Shown here piece by piece: positions 27,936 through 38,438 of a stretch of DNA of 64,000 nucleotides. The notes beneath the pieces are model-generated. The model did not search any database. It saw only the letters and a list, made by a program, of their open reading frames with translations, and had not been told where the DNA came from. The stretch covers positions 1-64,000 of IMG/VR virus record IMGVR_UViG_3300020411_003715; one strand, 5' to 3'. Within the stretch, counting starts at the first letter, position 1. Each line of letters starts with the position of its first letter. The DNA comes from a virus. The position numbers were made by a program, and so were the translations under genes.

Positions 27936-28458
27936 TCCCAAAAAACCTAGTGCAGAAGAGACAGGTATTGAAGCCTCGGCGAAGAAAGGTCTTCCCAAGA
28001 AGCTAGTAAATATCATTGCTCTTATACGCGCTAAGTTGCGGGACTTTCCTGAGCTAAATCGTCTGATCGAGGGTCATGAGACATCGGACAGAGAGATAGC
28101 TTTTGCCATCATGGAGGCTATTGATGACTTCAACACAACGCCTCCCTTAATCGGCTCCTACTCCCTTGAGAATTTTCCATCTACCTCTCTTCTAATAAGA
28201 GGGGCTATAATCAACGTTCTTGAGTCTGTGGGGCTTTTACAGACTCGCAACCAAATGAACTACTCTGATGGTCAGGGCGTTCAAGTTGGGGTTTCTGACA
28301 AGACGCCTATGTTGATGAACTGGATTAACTTATATACAAACCAGTATGAGCAGAAGAAGTTCAGACTTAAGCAGGCCCTCAATCTTGGTGGCGCTTTGAA
28401 TGGCACAGCCGTTCCCTCTGAGTATGCTCTTATCAACGGCTATTTTGACGACTTATAG
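27925..28458 (+). CDS. Putative head-tail adaptor (neck 1)
   Basis: Helical 177 aa downstream of the capsid gene; synteny and sequence style of phage adaptors. Confidence 0.55.
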   Translation: MANDPKKPSAEETGIEASAKKGLPKKLVNIIALIRAKLRDFPELNRLIEGHETSDREIAFAIMEAIDDFNTTPPLIGSYSLENFPSTSLLIRGAIINVLESVGLLQTRNQMNYSDGQGVQVGVSDKTPMLMNWINLYTNQYEQKKFRLKQALNLGGALNGTAVPSEYALINGYFDDL

Positions 28459-28469
28459 GAGAGGCTGGG

Positions 28470-28838
28470 ATGGCACAGATTCCAAATAAGAAGAAAGTTC
28501 GAGTTTCTATCACTGGTACCGGTGCCGCTAATGTTACCGCGGTGATTCCGGATTCCGGACACTACACAAAGTTTACGATCTCGTGCCCTGCAGTTACGGG
28601 GATCGGTGACATTGAGGGTGACATGGGTGGGGGGTTTCTCCCAGTGGCGTTCGTTAACACCATGAATGCTGGGGTTACTAAGCTCGCCCTCTCCGCTAGC
28701 CACATCTGCACCTTTGAATTGCATACCCCCATCCCTGGCGGCCTGCGTATTGTGAATATTAATCACGCCGAAAATGCAGTCGCCCATTTTGACATCATGA
28801 TGAGTGGTTCACTCTATAGCTCCGGGAGGAATTCATGA
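28470..28838 (+). CDS. Hypothetical beta-rich structural protein
   Basis: GGAGAGG SD; 122 aa. Confidence 0.65.
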   Translation: MAQIPNKKKVRVSITGTGAANVTAVIPDSGHYTKFTISCPAVTGIGDIEGDMGGGFLPVAFVNTMNAGVTKLALSASHICTFELHTPIPGGLRIVNINHAENAVAHFDIMMSGSLYSSGRNS

Positions 28839-29197
28839 GCGATCCTTTTGACAAACTCATTGGTAGCGATACTGACGACCATTACATGGACAGGGCGGAA
28901 TTCTTCCTTGGCCTAAAGGAAAAGCTGGGAGCTAAGATTACCGCTATTGCCAGAGACGAAGTTAAGGAACTTCTGGATGCAAAGGGCACCAGCACGGCTA
29001 AGCTTAGAAAGAGCCTTTCCGGGAAGATGGAAAAGCCTAAAGACATCCCAGGCTACACCAAGGGCACAAAGATCAAAAAGCTTGAGCAGCCCAAGCAAGA
29101 TAAGCTCCCCTCCACGAAGCTAAAAGCAACCCCAAAAAACCTTAAGGCTAGCCTGAAGAAGGCACTGGCCAAGAAGGTTGATGCCAAAAAGGCTTGA
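28835..29197 (+). CDS. Lys-rich hypothetical protein
   Basis: 120 aa; very basic C-terminal half. Confidence 0.65.
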   Translation: MSDPFDKLIGSDTDDHYMDRAEFFLGLKEKLGAKITAIARDEVKELLDAKGTSTAKLRKSLSGKMEKPKDIPGYTKGTKIKKLEQPKQDKLPSTKLKATPKNLKASLKKALAKKVDAKKA

Positions 29198-29203
29198 TGA
29201 CAG

Positions 29204-30103
29204 GTGATCAAGGTATCGGACATAAGGGTTAGAAGTTTTGACGTAGACTACCTAGACATCTACTGGGAACTTGAGCCTGCCTTTGAGGATCTCTACAACT
29301 ACGAATTTACTGTAGAGCGTTCCGATAATGAGTTTGGTCCATATGTCGCTATAACCAATCCGATTGTAGACAGGTACCATGTCCGGGATACCACGGTCCG
29401 TGGTCGTTACACGTACTACACTAAAATATACTATCGGATCTCTGTCAGGAATAAGGGTACCGGAGAGGTTGCTGTGTACCCCGAAAGGGGTGGAGCTAAG
29501 CTCGCCGCCAAGCCTGATCTGGCTGCGCTTGAGATGGCCCGCCTAAACAATCTCCGTCTAAAAGAGTTCTCCGGCCGAAAGATTTGGATCTTTCCTAAAA
29601 AGAAGCACGGCCAGAGATGCGGGTTGTGCTACGACACAACGACCAGCAGAAAGCTTAGATCGCAGTGCCCCAATTGTTTCGACACTACCTGGGTCGGTGG
29701 GTACCACGCCCCTGTCGAGACCTACGGAATGATTGTTAGCCCAAACGAGCAAACCATTCACGCAAACTTTGGCAATGTCGAGAACGAAAACACATCCCTA
29801 ATGCTCGGTAATTACCCAGAGGTTTTTGAGGGTGACCTTATTGTTGAAGCTGAGAATATTCGGTGGAGAGTCGCCTCTTCAATATCAAAAGTGAAGAAAG
29901 CCAGATCCCTGGTACGACAACAGCTCGCTTTGCATAGAATACCTAAAGGGGACATTGAGTATAAAATCCCAGTGAACCTTACTGAGCAGGAGACCCGGGA
30001 CTTGATAGCTTCTCCGGAAAGAAACTACACGAATCCGCACACGCTTGAGTCAGCAAAGCTCTCGAATGTGCTTACCAATGTGTTTGGAAACAGTAATCAA
30101 TGA
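29204..30103 (+). CDS. Putative head-closure/neck protein with FN3-like N-terminus and Zn ribbon
   Basis: YLDIYWE..FTVERS..GPY (FN3-like); CGLC...CPNCFDTTWVGGY. Confidence 0.55.
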   Translation: MIKVSDIRVRSFDVDYLDIYWELEPAFEDLYNYEFTVERSDNEFGPYVAITNPIVDRYHVRDTTVRGRYTYYTKIYYRISVRNKGTGEVAVYPERGGAKLAAKPDLAALEMARLNNLRLKEFSGRKIWIFPKKKHGQRCGLCYDTTTSRKLRSQCPNCFDTTWVGGYHAPVETYGMIVSPNEQTIHANFGNVENENTSLMLGNYPEVFEGDLIVEAENIRWRVASSISKVKKARSLVRQQLALHRIPKGDIEYKIPVNLTEQETRDLIASPERNYTNPHTLESAKLSNVLTNVFGNSNQ

Positions 30104-30720
30104 GTTCACTCGCCCCACAAGAACAGTTTGAGCTTCCTGACGACAGGCTGCTTATTGCTACTCGGGCGTGGCTTATATTTTTACAGGGCCTATTCAAGGC
30201 TCGACCTGCAGGTTTCTTTCGTTGGTCTCCCAACATAGATGAGACTGAGATTATAATTACTGATCAGAACCCCACGCATGTGGAAAACACAAACAAACGT
30301 CCGATAATTAGTACATCTAGGGGCCCAGCAACATGGTCAGGAACCTCATTAAGTCAGTCGATGCAGCCGGTGTTTCAGTCACCAAAAAAGGTTGTGTCAG
30401 ACATGATGGGTTCTTCCATAACGATAAGTGTTGTGGCAAGAGAAGGTCTAGAGGCTCAGCAAATCGGATACACTTTATTTAGAATGATACCTGTATTTAA
30501 ACCTCAAATTATGAGGCTTGGTAGAATGCACGCAATAGGTAATAATATAACCTTGACGCAGGAAACCCAACAAGGTCAGATTGTCCCGGGCTCCTCTACA
30601 CCAGAATGGAAGATGGTACAGTTGATTATACCCTTTTATATACAGGATGTTATTTCAGCTGAGGAGAAGGACTTCTACTCATTAATGCAAGCTGTTAACC
30701 TACATATGGGTTTAGACTAG
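30100..30720 (+). CDS. Putative tail terminator/completion protein
   Basis: Position between neck and sheath genes; 206 aa. Confidence 0.5.
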   Translation: MSSLAPQEQFELPDDRLLIATRAWLIFLQGLFKARPAGFFRWSPNIDETEIIITDQNPTHVENTNKRPIISTSRGPATWSGTSLSQSMQPVFQSPKKVVSDMMGSSITISVVAREGLEAQQIGYTLFRMIPVFKPQIMRLGRMHAIGNNITLTQETQQGQIVPGSSTPEWKMVQLIIPFYIQDVISAEEKDFYSLMQAVNLHMGLD

Positions 30721-30744
30721 CGACCCGACAGGAGTAATAAAGAC

Positions 30745-33700
30745 ATGGCAACGCTTACTCGTCCAGGCGTAGAGATCTCACAAGTAGTTACTGCGGGAGC
30801 GCCTACAATTTTAACACCGACTTTGGTTCCTTGCCTTGTCGGTCCTTGTTTTCAAATCGTAAGCCCAATTACCGAAGAGGGCTCCCTTAACTCGGGAGCG
30901 CTTGTGGCTGTTGCGGCAATCGTCCAAAGCGATACAGCCTTATCTGAGGAGCTTGGCCTCTCTGGAAGGCGTATGGCTATCAAGGTCGACGGCGGCAGCG
31001 TACAGGACATCAATTTTCCTGTTACGATTAACGCGGAAACCATTGATCACAAGTTGACGGTGAACACCATCAACAAGCAGTTGACCAATGCTGTGGCTTT
31101 CATCCTTGGTGATAAACTCAACATTGTTTCCACATCTACGGGCAGCAACGCTAGTCTCGAATTGATGGCTGCCGGAAGTGACGGTGTGGCAATTCCCGCT
31201 GAGGAGTCTGCCTACGCTCTTCTTGAGGTTGATCACTTGGTCGGCCAAACCATCAGCGGGCAGGGTCAGTACACTAATATGTCGTACACGGTCCCTTACT
31301 CCAGCTTCCCGTCGCCGATGGCCTCTGTGGACGAGGTGGTCATCAATGACGCGGACACCAAGATGTACCGGTACTTCGGTGGAACTCTGCGCGAGTTCTC
31401 TGAAGACAGTGCAATCAATATCAACGCTTACGCGAAGACGGCTTCCCGTTACGGGCTCACGCACGTCGCTGGATCGCACCAGCCCGCTTTTCAAGACGAG
31501 AAGCAGTGGTTGTTTGGTCGGCCCGCGTCAGGGTCCAAGACAAACGAACTAGTCAGTCTTGGCAAAGATGCTACTCTCGAAATCCCTCTTTGTCATGATT
31601 TGAGCGTCCCAGCAGATGGGGCTGCCAACTGGCCAGATCCGTCCGGAAAGAACAAGCTAGTCATTAAGGCCGTAGGGATGAGTCTCTACTCCGAAACTGG
31701 TGCCACTTCCGACCTCGGTACTGCTGCAAGCCTCGGTGCTGCTGGTAACCTATTACAGGTTAATATTAATTACGCCGCACAGCCGGATGGTGCGAACGAC
31801 GATTCGGCAACCGTTAGTTATGTTGCTGGGACTGGTGTCACGTTCACAGTTTCTCACAACACGACGTTTGCCACGCTGGATGCCGCCATTAAGGGCAGCG
31901 CTGACTTGGCTGCGAATGCTAAGGAAATCAGCGTAAGTTTACAGATGGGTGGCCTCATTAACGCAGCTAGCGCATCCCACTGCTTAGACTTTAGTGGTCA
32001 AGGCGGTGCGGCTGCGTGGCCAACCCCTCTTTGGGGAGGAAATGCGGGGCTTGCTACAACACTTTCTGGTGGTGCAGACCCGATTGACTTCTCTGCGGAC
32101 GCTTCGGCAACGCAGCAAGTTGGGCCGCAAGGCGCGACGGTTGCAGAAGATCAGCAACAGGCTTGGGTTTGTGGAGCGGTCAACATTGGCGGTGGCGACA
32201 CGGCGGCTGACCTTGGCATTACTGCCGAGACCCTAAAGGTTTCAATTGACGGCGGTGCCCCTGTTTCGATTACATTTGCGGGTACGGATGTTGTTCACAG
32301 CACCATCAACGCCGCTCTGGGAACACAGGGTGGTTGTGCGATTACTGGCTACGACGTGACCAACGCGTTGGGAGAGACGTTTACACCTCTTCGCATACAT
32401 TCGGCCTCGTCAAACGGGCACGACTCCACTGTTGAGATCTCCGCAAATAACCCCCTGGTTATCCAAAGATTGTTCAGTGGGTCAACCTCAGAGACAAGCG
32501 CTCCGGTTAGCTCCGGTGTTGCCCTCACTCAAGGTCGAGGCATTTCGCTTAACAGCGCGGACTACAACCCTATTGGCTCTCTGAACCACACTTCTTTCCA
32601 GAAGTCTGTTGTTCCTGGAACGCTCAAAGCCGTCTTCAGTGATGTCATCGCACTCCCCCATATTGCTTTGGAGGGAGAGCCTGACGCATTGCTTGTGGAG
32701 GCGGGTAACACGGTCAATCTTGGCATTAAGATTGATGGGGCTGGGGCCATTGCTGTGCCCATTGTTGTTCCTAACACCGGGTTCATCACACAGGAAGGCG
32801 GGACTACTGCACAGGAAAAGCTTGTTGACGCCCTGAACACCGGGCTTGCTGCCGCTCCTGGGGGAGATCTCAGCGGAGTCTTAATGGCCTCTACGCTCGA
32901 TGGTTCCGTCCTAATCTCCCACCACAATGCAAACGACAATAGCACTCTTGAGTTTGAAGACGCTGCTGGCGCATCTGACGCCGCCACGGTTACCCTTATG
33001 GGGGCTAGCTGTTTTGGGGTCGTTTCTACCGCTGCAAGAGTGTCAGTCACCGTTTCTGATAGCGGGACAGACTTTGCGCTAGTGTGTGAGTCCGTTTCAA
33101 ACGGCTTCGGCAACGCAGTCAATCCCCATTCGGCTGACATTCAAAACTGGTGCTTCGGCTCCGGAAGTACGAATGTCGGAAACGCTGGTATTGCTTCTAG
33201 CACCATGGACTACTCGTCCGGAGATCTGGTTATCGCATGGTCCGGAGATAGTGAGACGGCCTTAGCCGCTCAAGCGCTGCCGGCCACACTTAGGAACGAT
33301 GGGTCTACCCTTGTCCAGGTCACCTACAACCGGTCATGGGCTAACGCTGTCCAAGCCGCCCCACAGGGGTACTCTGGCAGAGTTCATCATGGAACAAGTA
33401 TCGCTACCGAGCTTTCAGATATGGCTTGGAATAACGGTCAGGTTCTTGCCCGTGTCGTTGAGATTAATCCTGCTAACGGATTTGCAGGCTCATCCCTTAC
33501 CCTGTCCGAGTTCGCTGTCGACAATAAGGCGAAACTTAGCAAGTGGTACGTTGTCGCTGAGGGTCTTCCTAGCAGCGGTAGAACGCTGCAGCCAGAGGCT
33601 ACGGGTAACGACCTAGAGCAAACGTACAGCATCAAGCACGCTCTCAATAGGGACGCTGGCGGGGTTGCTGTTTCGGGAGGCGCGGATGTTTACGTTGATT

Positions 33701-35169
33701 ACAAGGCTCTCCGCCTGGACGTTTCGGCAAAGGCTTCTAGCCCAGGACTACTGGTGTTTAGTAGCATTGCAGAGGTTGAGGCCAATATTGGGCCCATCGA
33801 CACTCGCAACCCCCTTGCTTTCGGCCTTTATCTGGCATTCCTGAACACCACCAATATTAATATTGCTGGCATGGGTGTGGATGAGGTTACGGCGGATGCT
33901 CCGGACGGAACTGTGAAGGCTTACGCCAATACGCTTGACTACCTTAAGCTTAAGGAGGTTTACGCGCTGGCCCCGCTTACTCACGATATGGAGGTCTTCA
34001 AGGTCTTCAATCAGCATGTCACTGACATGTCTGCTCCGACGGCCAAGAAAGAGCGTATGGCAATCGTATGCCCCAATCTCCCAACAGAGAAGCCTGCCAC
34101 TTTGGCATTCTCCTCTTCGGACTTTGAGATTGCGGCTGCAGGTGGCGGTAAGTTTACTGTCACAGACGCTACAGGCGGAAACATCATGCTTGCCCTGAAC
34201 GAGTCTACCGTTAAGGACTCCAAGGGTAATCCGCTTGATATCTCTGTGGGTGGGTCCTTCGCGCCAGAGCAGGATGTCTATCTTGACCGAGAGGGTGATC
34301 CCTACCGGTACTTGATTACCGGACTTCCTGATCATCCTACGGGATCGGCTATCACAATTGAGCCCACTAACGACGTTTGGCGTCCAGGGTTGTTTGGTCC
34401 GGGAACCGGCGGGAACGACGATGCGTATTACCACACGTCCAACCCTGTCGACTGGGCCGCTTCAGGTGAGGCCGCGACCATCTTTGTCCGACAGCCGTCT
34501 ACGGACCTGTCTACTACGGGTGGCAAGCTTGCAACCTGCGAAACCCTCGCAGAGTGGGCTGGCGGTGTGACTGGTTTTCAGAATAGAAGACTTGTCATGC
34601 TTCAGCCAGATCAGGTTGGCGTTAGCATCGGTGGTCTTGAGACGCTTGTTCCGGGCTACTACTTGACCGGTGCTATTGCGGCCATGATTGGTCAGCAAAA
34701 CCCGTCGCAACCGTTCACTAACCTCCCAATGGTTGGGTTTACCCGCCCGGTAGGTTCGAGTGACTTATTTAGTGAGAACCAGATGTCAACGGCAGCCGCT
34801 GGTGGTATCTACTGGGTTATTCAGGATATCCCTGGAGGAGCACTGGTCTCCAGGCATCAGTTAACCACTGATCTCACCTCAATTAAGACAAGAGAGTTAT
34901 CGATTCTTAAGTCGGTTGACTATGTTGCCAAGCTTCTTAGAAGTCAGGTTAAGCGTTTTATTGGGAGAAACAACATTACCAAGCAGCTTCTTGAGGCTGT
35001 GTCTCTTGGTATCAGCGGCGCTCTTGCAAGCGTTACTGGGTCTGTCGTGGCGGGAGCCTCTTTAGATGCCATTACGCAAGATAAGGATGCACCTGATACA
35101 ATTCAGTGCGAAGTTTCGATTACGCCGTTCTACCCGGCTAACTACATTAAAATCACTATTTTCGTGTAA
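30745..35169 (+). CDS. Contractile tail sheath protein (1474 aa, large insertions)
   Basis: N-terminal LTRPGVEISQ; C-terminal YLTGAIAAMIG, AGGIYWV, RELSILKSVDYVAK, PFYPANYIKITIFV typical of sheath domain I. Confidence 0.9.
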   Translation: MATLTRPGVEISQVVTAGAPTILTPTLVPCLVGPCFQIVSPITEEGSLNSGALVAVAAIVQSDTALSEELGLSGRRMAIKVDGGSVQDINFPVTINAETIDHKLTVNTINKQLTNAVAFILGDKLNIVSTSTGSNASLELMAAGSDGVAIPAEESAYALLEVDHLVGQTISGQGQYTNMSYTVPYSSFPSPMASVDEVVINDADTKMYRYFGGTLREFSEDSAININAYAKTASRYGLTHVAGSHQPAFQDEKQWLFGRPASGSKTNELVSLGKDATLEIPLCHDLSVPADGAANWPDPSGKNKLVIKAVGMSLYSETGATSDLGTAASLGAAGNLLQVNINYAAQPDGANDDSATVSYVAGTGVTFTVSHNTTFATLDAAIKGSADLAANAKEISVSLQMGGLINAASASHCLDFSGQGGAAAWPTPLWGGNAGLATTLSGGADPIDFSADASATQQVGPQGATVAEDQQQAWVCGAVNIGGGDTAADLGITAETLKVSIDGGAPVSITFAGTDVVHSTINAALGTQGGCAITGYDVTNALGETFTPLRIHSASSNGHDSTVEISANNPLVIQRLFSGSTSETSAPVSSGVALTQGRGISLNSADYNPIGSLNHTSFQKSVVPGTLKAVFSDVIALPHIALEGEPDALLVEAGNTVNLGIKIDGAGAIAVPIVVPNTGFITQEGGTTAQEKLVDALNTGLAAAPGGDLSGVLMASTLDGSVLISHHNANDNSTLEFEDAAGASDAATVTLMGASCFGVVSTAARVSVTVSDSGTDFALVCESVSNGFGNAVNPHSADIQNWCFGSGSTNVGNAGIASSTMDYSSGDLVIAWSGDSETALAAQALPATLRNDGSTLVQVTYNRSWANAVQAAPQGYSGRVHHGTSIATELSDMAWNNGQVLARVVEINPANGFAGSSLTLSEFAVDNKAKLSKWYVVAEGLPSSGRTLQPEATGNDLEQTYSIKHALNRDAGGVAVSGGADVYVDYKALRLDVSAKASSPGLLVFSSIAEVEANIGPIDTRNPLAFGLYLAFLNTTNINIAGMGVDEVTADAPDGTVKAYANTLDYLKLKEVYALAPLTHDMEVFKVFNQHVTDMSAPTAKKERMAIVCPNLPTEKPATLAFSSSDFEIAAAGGGKFTVTDATGGNIMLALNESTVKDSKGNPLDISVGGSFAPEQDVYLDREGDPYRYLITGLPDHPTGSAITIEPTNDVWRPGLFGPGTGGNDDAYYHTSNPVDWAASGEAATIFVRQPSTDLSTTGGKLATCETLAEWAGGVTGFQNRRLVMLQPDQVGVSIGGLETLVPGYYLTGAIAAMIGQQNPSQPFTNLPMVGFTRPVGSSDLFSENQMSTAAAGGIYWVIQDIPGGALVSRHQLTTDLTSIKTRELSILKSVDYVAKLLRSQVKRFIGRNNITKQLLEAVSLGISGALASVTGSVVAGASLDAITQDKDAPDTIQCEVSITPFYPANYIKITIFV

Positions 35170-35199
35170 TAGAGGAAATTACACACAGGAGGAAATAAA

Positions 35200-35970
35200 A
35201 TGGCTAGCAAGTCTTTTGGAAGTAAGAAGCGACCGGCCGGAAAAGAGTTCCGGGATGGTATTGTGGGCGAGGCCCTCGATGATGTCTACAATGACATCGA
35301 AGAGGCTTTCGCTGGATTAGAGGGTGGTAGCTCGTCTCCGAGATGTCACACAATAAAGGGAGCGGCCTCAGCTGCGGCAGACTGTGAGGTTTCCTCTGTT
35401 GAGATTTCTGGGGCGAACTTTCTGCTCGGCGGTACCATTGGTGCTGCATCGTTAGAGATTAAGAACGCTGCAACCCCTGCGAACACGTTAGTTTTCGACG
35501 CGCTCGACGTTGGTAAGGCTGGTAACGACATCACTATCACTATTGACGCGGGTGAGGCTGACGCCGTTACAGTGGACGGGAAAGCTATCACTATCACCCT
35601 TGATAATGATAACGCCACCACAGGTACCGAAATCAAGGCCGTATACGACGCTGTCGCAGATGCTGTTGCTCTTGCGACTTTGACGCTTGGCGGCAATGCA
35701 GGTGACACTTGGCATTCAGCGAATGACGCTGCTGAAGCCACCAAGCTTGATGGCGGTAAGGGTGATACTCTGGAAGTGTTTATTGGTGGTGAAGCGGGTG
35801 AGCAGAAGGTTGCCATGTTGGCCGCCAGCCAGCCGACGGACACCTTGATTAAGCTTGCTACCGAAAACATCTCTGTCGCCACGAACAATGGTGCGGCCAA
35901 TCAGGGGTTGGGCGTGATGTTGAAGTACGGCGACAGCATCTACCAGATTGGAAGCCTCACCCCTGCTTAG
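35200..35970 (+). CDS. Sheath-associated/decoration-like beta-sandwich protein
   Basis: GKAGNDITITID..VTVDGKAITITL resembles sheath insertion domains; AGGAGG SD. Confidence 0.5.
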   Translation: MASKSFGSKKRPAGKEFRDGIVGEALDDVYNDIEEAFAGLEGGSSSPRCHTIKGAASAAADCEVSSVEISGANFLLGGTIGAASLEIKNAATPANTLVFDALDVGKAGNDITITIDAGEADAVTVDGKAITITLDNDNATTGTEIKAVYDAVADAVALATLTLGGNAGDTWHSANDAAEATKLDGGKGDTLEVFIGGEAGEQKVAMLAASQPTDTLIKLATENISVATNNGAANQGLGVMLKYGDSIYQIGSLTPA

Positions 35971-36005
35971 TAAGTTAATCTATGCGAATAGATAAGGAGT
36001 AAATA

Positions 36006-36770
36006 ATGCCCGGTTTAGAAAATTGGTCACCATATAAGACCCACGTTCAGGGTGGTCTGCGAGAGGGCAACTTCCTTAACGGGCAGTTTATTCTCATCTG
36101 TGCAGGGCCCCCGTTTTTTAGTCAGTTAGCAATGGGATCAGGCGATTCCGATATGGCCAACACGATTGTGTACCCTATCGGTCTCACCCAGAACATTGCC
36201 CTTTCTCAGAATAAGGCGATTAGTCGAATCTTTGAGATCGGATCGGATCGAAGTTACTTTATCTCTGGACGTAGCGTTGGCCAGCTTTCTCTTGGCCGAG
36301 TTGTGTACCACGGACCAAGCTTGCTCCGATGCATGTACGCGTACTACGACACCACAAATGGTGGACCAGACGAGTACAGAATCCGACCCCTCATGGAGAC
36401 GGCTGGTATGGGCATCAATCCGTTTGCAACGGATGGTGCTGACGGTGTTAGTTCGGGACTTCATAGCGTTAAGATTCCTCCCGGCTATGACAATATGTTC
36501 CTCAATCTGGCGTCCGACTTGTTTAGCCAGCCTTTAGGCTTGCTTCTCATCTTTAAGGACAATGAGGAGAACAACATCGCCAGCGTCTATCTGGACCAGT
36601 GCTATATTCCTCAGCACTCGTTGGCTGTGGATGCTCAAGGTCTTCTTATTCAAGAGTCTGTAGGTATTCAGTACGAAAAGATGGTCCCGATTAAGCTCGC
36701 ACAGCTTAACCTCGTTTCGGGAATTCTCGCTGATGATACTGGCGGCTTCGGGTCTGCGGATCAGGTGTAA
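36006..36770 (+). CDS. Tail tube protein
   Basis: Follows the sheath; IGLTQN...RIFEIGS and IYLDQCYI..HS...GLLIQESVGIQYE pattern of tube proteins. Confidence 0.65.
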   Translation: MPGLENWSPYKTHVQGGLREGNFLNGQFILICAGPPFFSQLAMGSGDSDMANTIVYPIGLTQNIALSQNKAISRIFEIGSDRSYFISGRSVGQLSLGRVVYHGPSLLRCMYAYYDTTNGGPDEYRIRPLMETAGMGINPFATDGADGVSSGLHSVKIPPGYDNMFLNLASDLFSQPLGLLLIFKDNEENNIASVYLDQCYIPQHSLAVDAQGLLIQESVGIQYEKMVPIKLAQLNLVSGILADDTGGFGSADQV

Positions 36771-36775
36771 TAATT

Positions 36776-37078
36776 ATGCCGCCACTGATGGAGTTAGCTG
36801 CTGTTTTGTTCTTGTCTGGCGTAGTAAGCTACGGCCTGACTCAAGTTCTAAAAGCTCTTGCTGGTAAATGGGTAGGACGAGACGTAAACAGCAGTGACCC
36901 TCCTCTTTGGCAGGCATTTTTCAGGGTCATTCCGATCATCATCGGAACCTCTATTGGGTGGTTCTTTTTCACCCCCCAATGGGGTCTTTCCGTAGGGGCA
37001 TCGGGCGGGGTACTGTCAGTTATTCTTTATAAGAAGGCCACTAGCTTGGTCGAAGATATTAGGAGTCCTCAAAAATGA
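36776..37078 (+). CDS. Holin-like membrane protein
   Basis: 100 aa, three hydrophobic segments, basic C-terminus. Confidence 0.55.
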   Translation: MPPLMELAAVLFLSGVVSYGLTQVLKALAGKWVGRDVNSSDPPLWQAFFRVIPIIIGTSIGWFFFTPQWGLSVGASGGVLSVILYKKATSLVEDIRSPQK

Positions 37079-37881
37079 AGAAGATGAATCCGCTAGAAAA
37101 GCTTGCTGCTAAAAGGAAGCTTGCGAATCTCATTAAAGAGGCAAACCCCGACAATGCCGCAGGAATCACTGTGACCCAAAAGGGCGCTCCGGGCGGAGTC
37201 AAGACTGCTCCTATCAAGACTCCTGGCGGAGAAGGCTCTGTGAAGAGTGTTCCGGTTCAGAAGTACCAAGCCGCAGCTAAGCTTATTCAGGGTCGGCCGA
37301 AAGTCCGCTTTGGTTCACTTCTTGGCGCTAAGGCCGATGACACTCCTCGAAACAGAGCAATCGCTGCCGAGCGGAAGCGCGCCAAGACAGAGAGACGCTC
37401 TAACTACGAAGACCAGATGAAGCGCTTAAGGCTCTTTGGATCAAAATCCCTCCAAGAGGGGTGGAAGCCTCCTACTGCTGGGAAGGATGGTCGCCCGTTA
37501 ACTGGTATGCAGAGAGATTACATCGCCTCCCTCGGCGGAAAGCCTGCTAAGGCGCATCTCACTGCTTCCGGAGAATTCATTAAAAAGAAGAAGCGAGACC
37601 TCCGACACTTAGAGAGTGATCGCTCATACGCACAATGGCAGAAGAAGCAAAAGCCCTCTTCCGCCCCTGCTCCAGCGGTCGCGAAAGCCGCTCCTGCTAA
37701 ACCAAAGGCACCAGCAGCTAAGCACGACTGGGCCAACATGGGCTATAAGCAGCGTGTCGCCCTAAAGAAGACAATGAGCAGAAAAGAGTGGAGAAAAGGA
37801 ATGAATACGTGGTGGAACGCCCGTAAAGCACGCCGAAGACTCGCCCGCGCAGCAACCCCAACAGCTCCCCCGGCTACTTAA
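37075..37881 (+). CDS. Very basic Lys/Ala/Arg-rich protein (histone H1-like character)
   Basis: APAPAVAKAAPAKPKAPAAK; EKLAAKRKLA at the N-terminus. Confidence 0.65.
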   Translation: MKKMNPLEKLAAKRKLANLIKEANPDNAAGITVTQKGAPGGVKTAPIKTPGGEGSVKSVPVQKYQAAAKLIQGRPKVRFGSLLGAKADDTPRNRAIAAERKRAKTERRSNYEDQMKRLRLFGSKSLQEGWKPPTAGKDGRPLTGMQRDYIASLGGKPAKAHLTASGEFIKKKKRDLRHLESDRSYAQWQKKQKPSSAPAPAVAKAAPAKPKAPAAKHDWANMGYKQRVALKKTMSRKEWRKGMNTWWNARKARRRLARAATPTAPPAT

Positions 37882-37924
37882 GGTCTAAGCGGGCCCTATA
37901 ACTTATATTCTCTCTTTGACACAC

Positions 37925-37950
37925 AGCCCCCGCTTGGGGGCTTTTTATTT
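37925..37950 (+). terminator. Intrinsic terminator ending the structural block
   Basis: AGCCCCC-GCTT-GGGGGCT-TTTTATTT. Confidence 0.85.
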
Positions 37951-37985
37951 GAGAAGTGTACGGGTGCGACACAGCTTGTCGCACA

Positions 37986-38438
37986 CTACTCAGTGGAAGG
38001 GTGCACCGCGTAAACGATTCCGATTGTTGCAACCGTTGCCACCACGAAGCCTAGGGCGAAGTAGAACTCGTTTGTTTCGTACCAAGCGGTTTTTTGTACC
38101 GTTGATATCCCCTGCAACTGCTGGAACAAACTATCACCTCTTTTCTGCTCTATCGTAAGAAGGGATTTATACCGCTTCTCCCGACTCTCCCAGAGGCGCT
38201 CCTGGTACTCCAGATCTAGCTTTAGCTTGGGTAGTTTGATCTTCAAGCACTGAAGGCCCTCAGTGGCGGCTGACGTGGGCAGGAGCACCCCAGAGCATGG
38301 AGAGGTCACAGCCACGGGATCTTTGCACGCAGGGGTCTCTGCGTGAACCACTGCGGGAGTGAGGGCTAAAAAGAGAGAAAGCGGTAGCGCTAAGAGTGTT
38401 TTCATTTCTCCTTCCTCCCGGACAGAAACTCCTTCCAT
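37986..38438 (-). CDS. Exported coiled-coil protein with C-terminal TM helix (spanin-like partner)
   Basis: Signal peptide (..AVVHA), three Cys, coiled coil, C-terminal FYFALGFVVATVATIGIVYAV; overlaps the upstream TM/coiled-coil gene. Confidence 0.55.
   Translation of the reverse strand: MEGVSVREEGEMKTLLALPLSLFLALTPAVVHAETPACKDPVAVTSPCSGVLLPTSAATEGLQCLKIKLPKLKLDLEYQERLWESREKRYKSLLTIEQKRGDSLFQQLQGISTVQKTAWYETNEFYFALGFVVATVATIGIVYAVHPSTE

Noticed and set aside
37964-37984. Perfect 8-bp inverted repeat GTGCGACA-N5-TGTCGCAC as a member of the GTGACA palindrome family
   Set aside because: Different arm and spacer length; it lies between convergent genes and is more simply a transcript-end hairpin.
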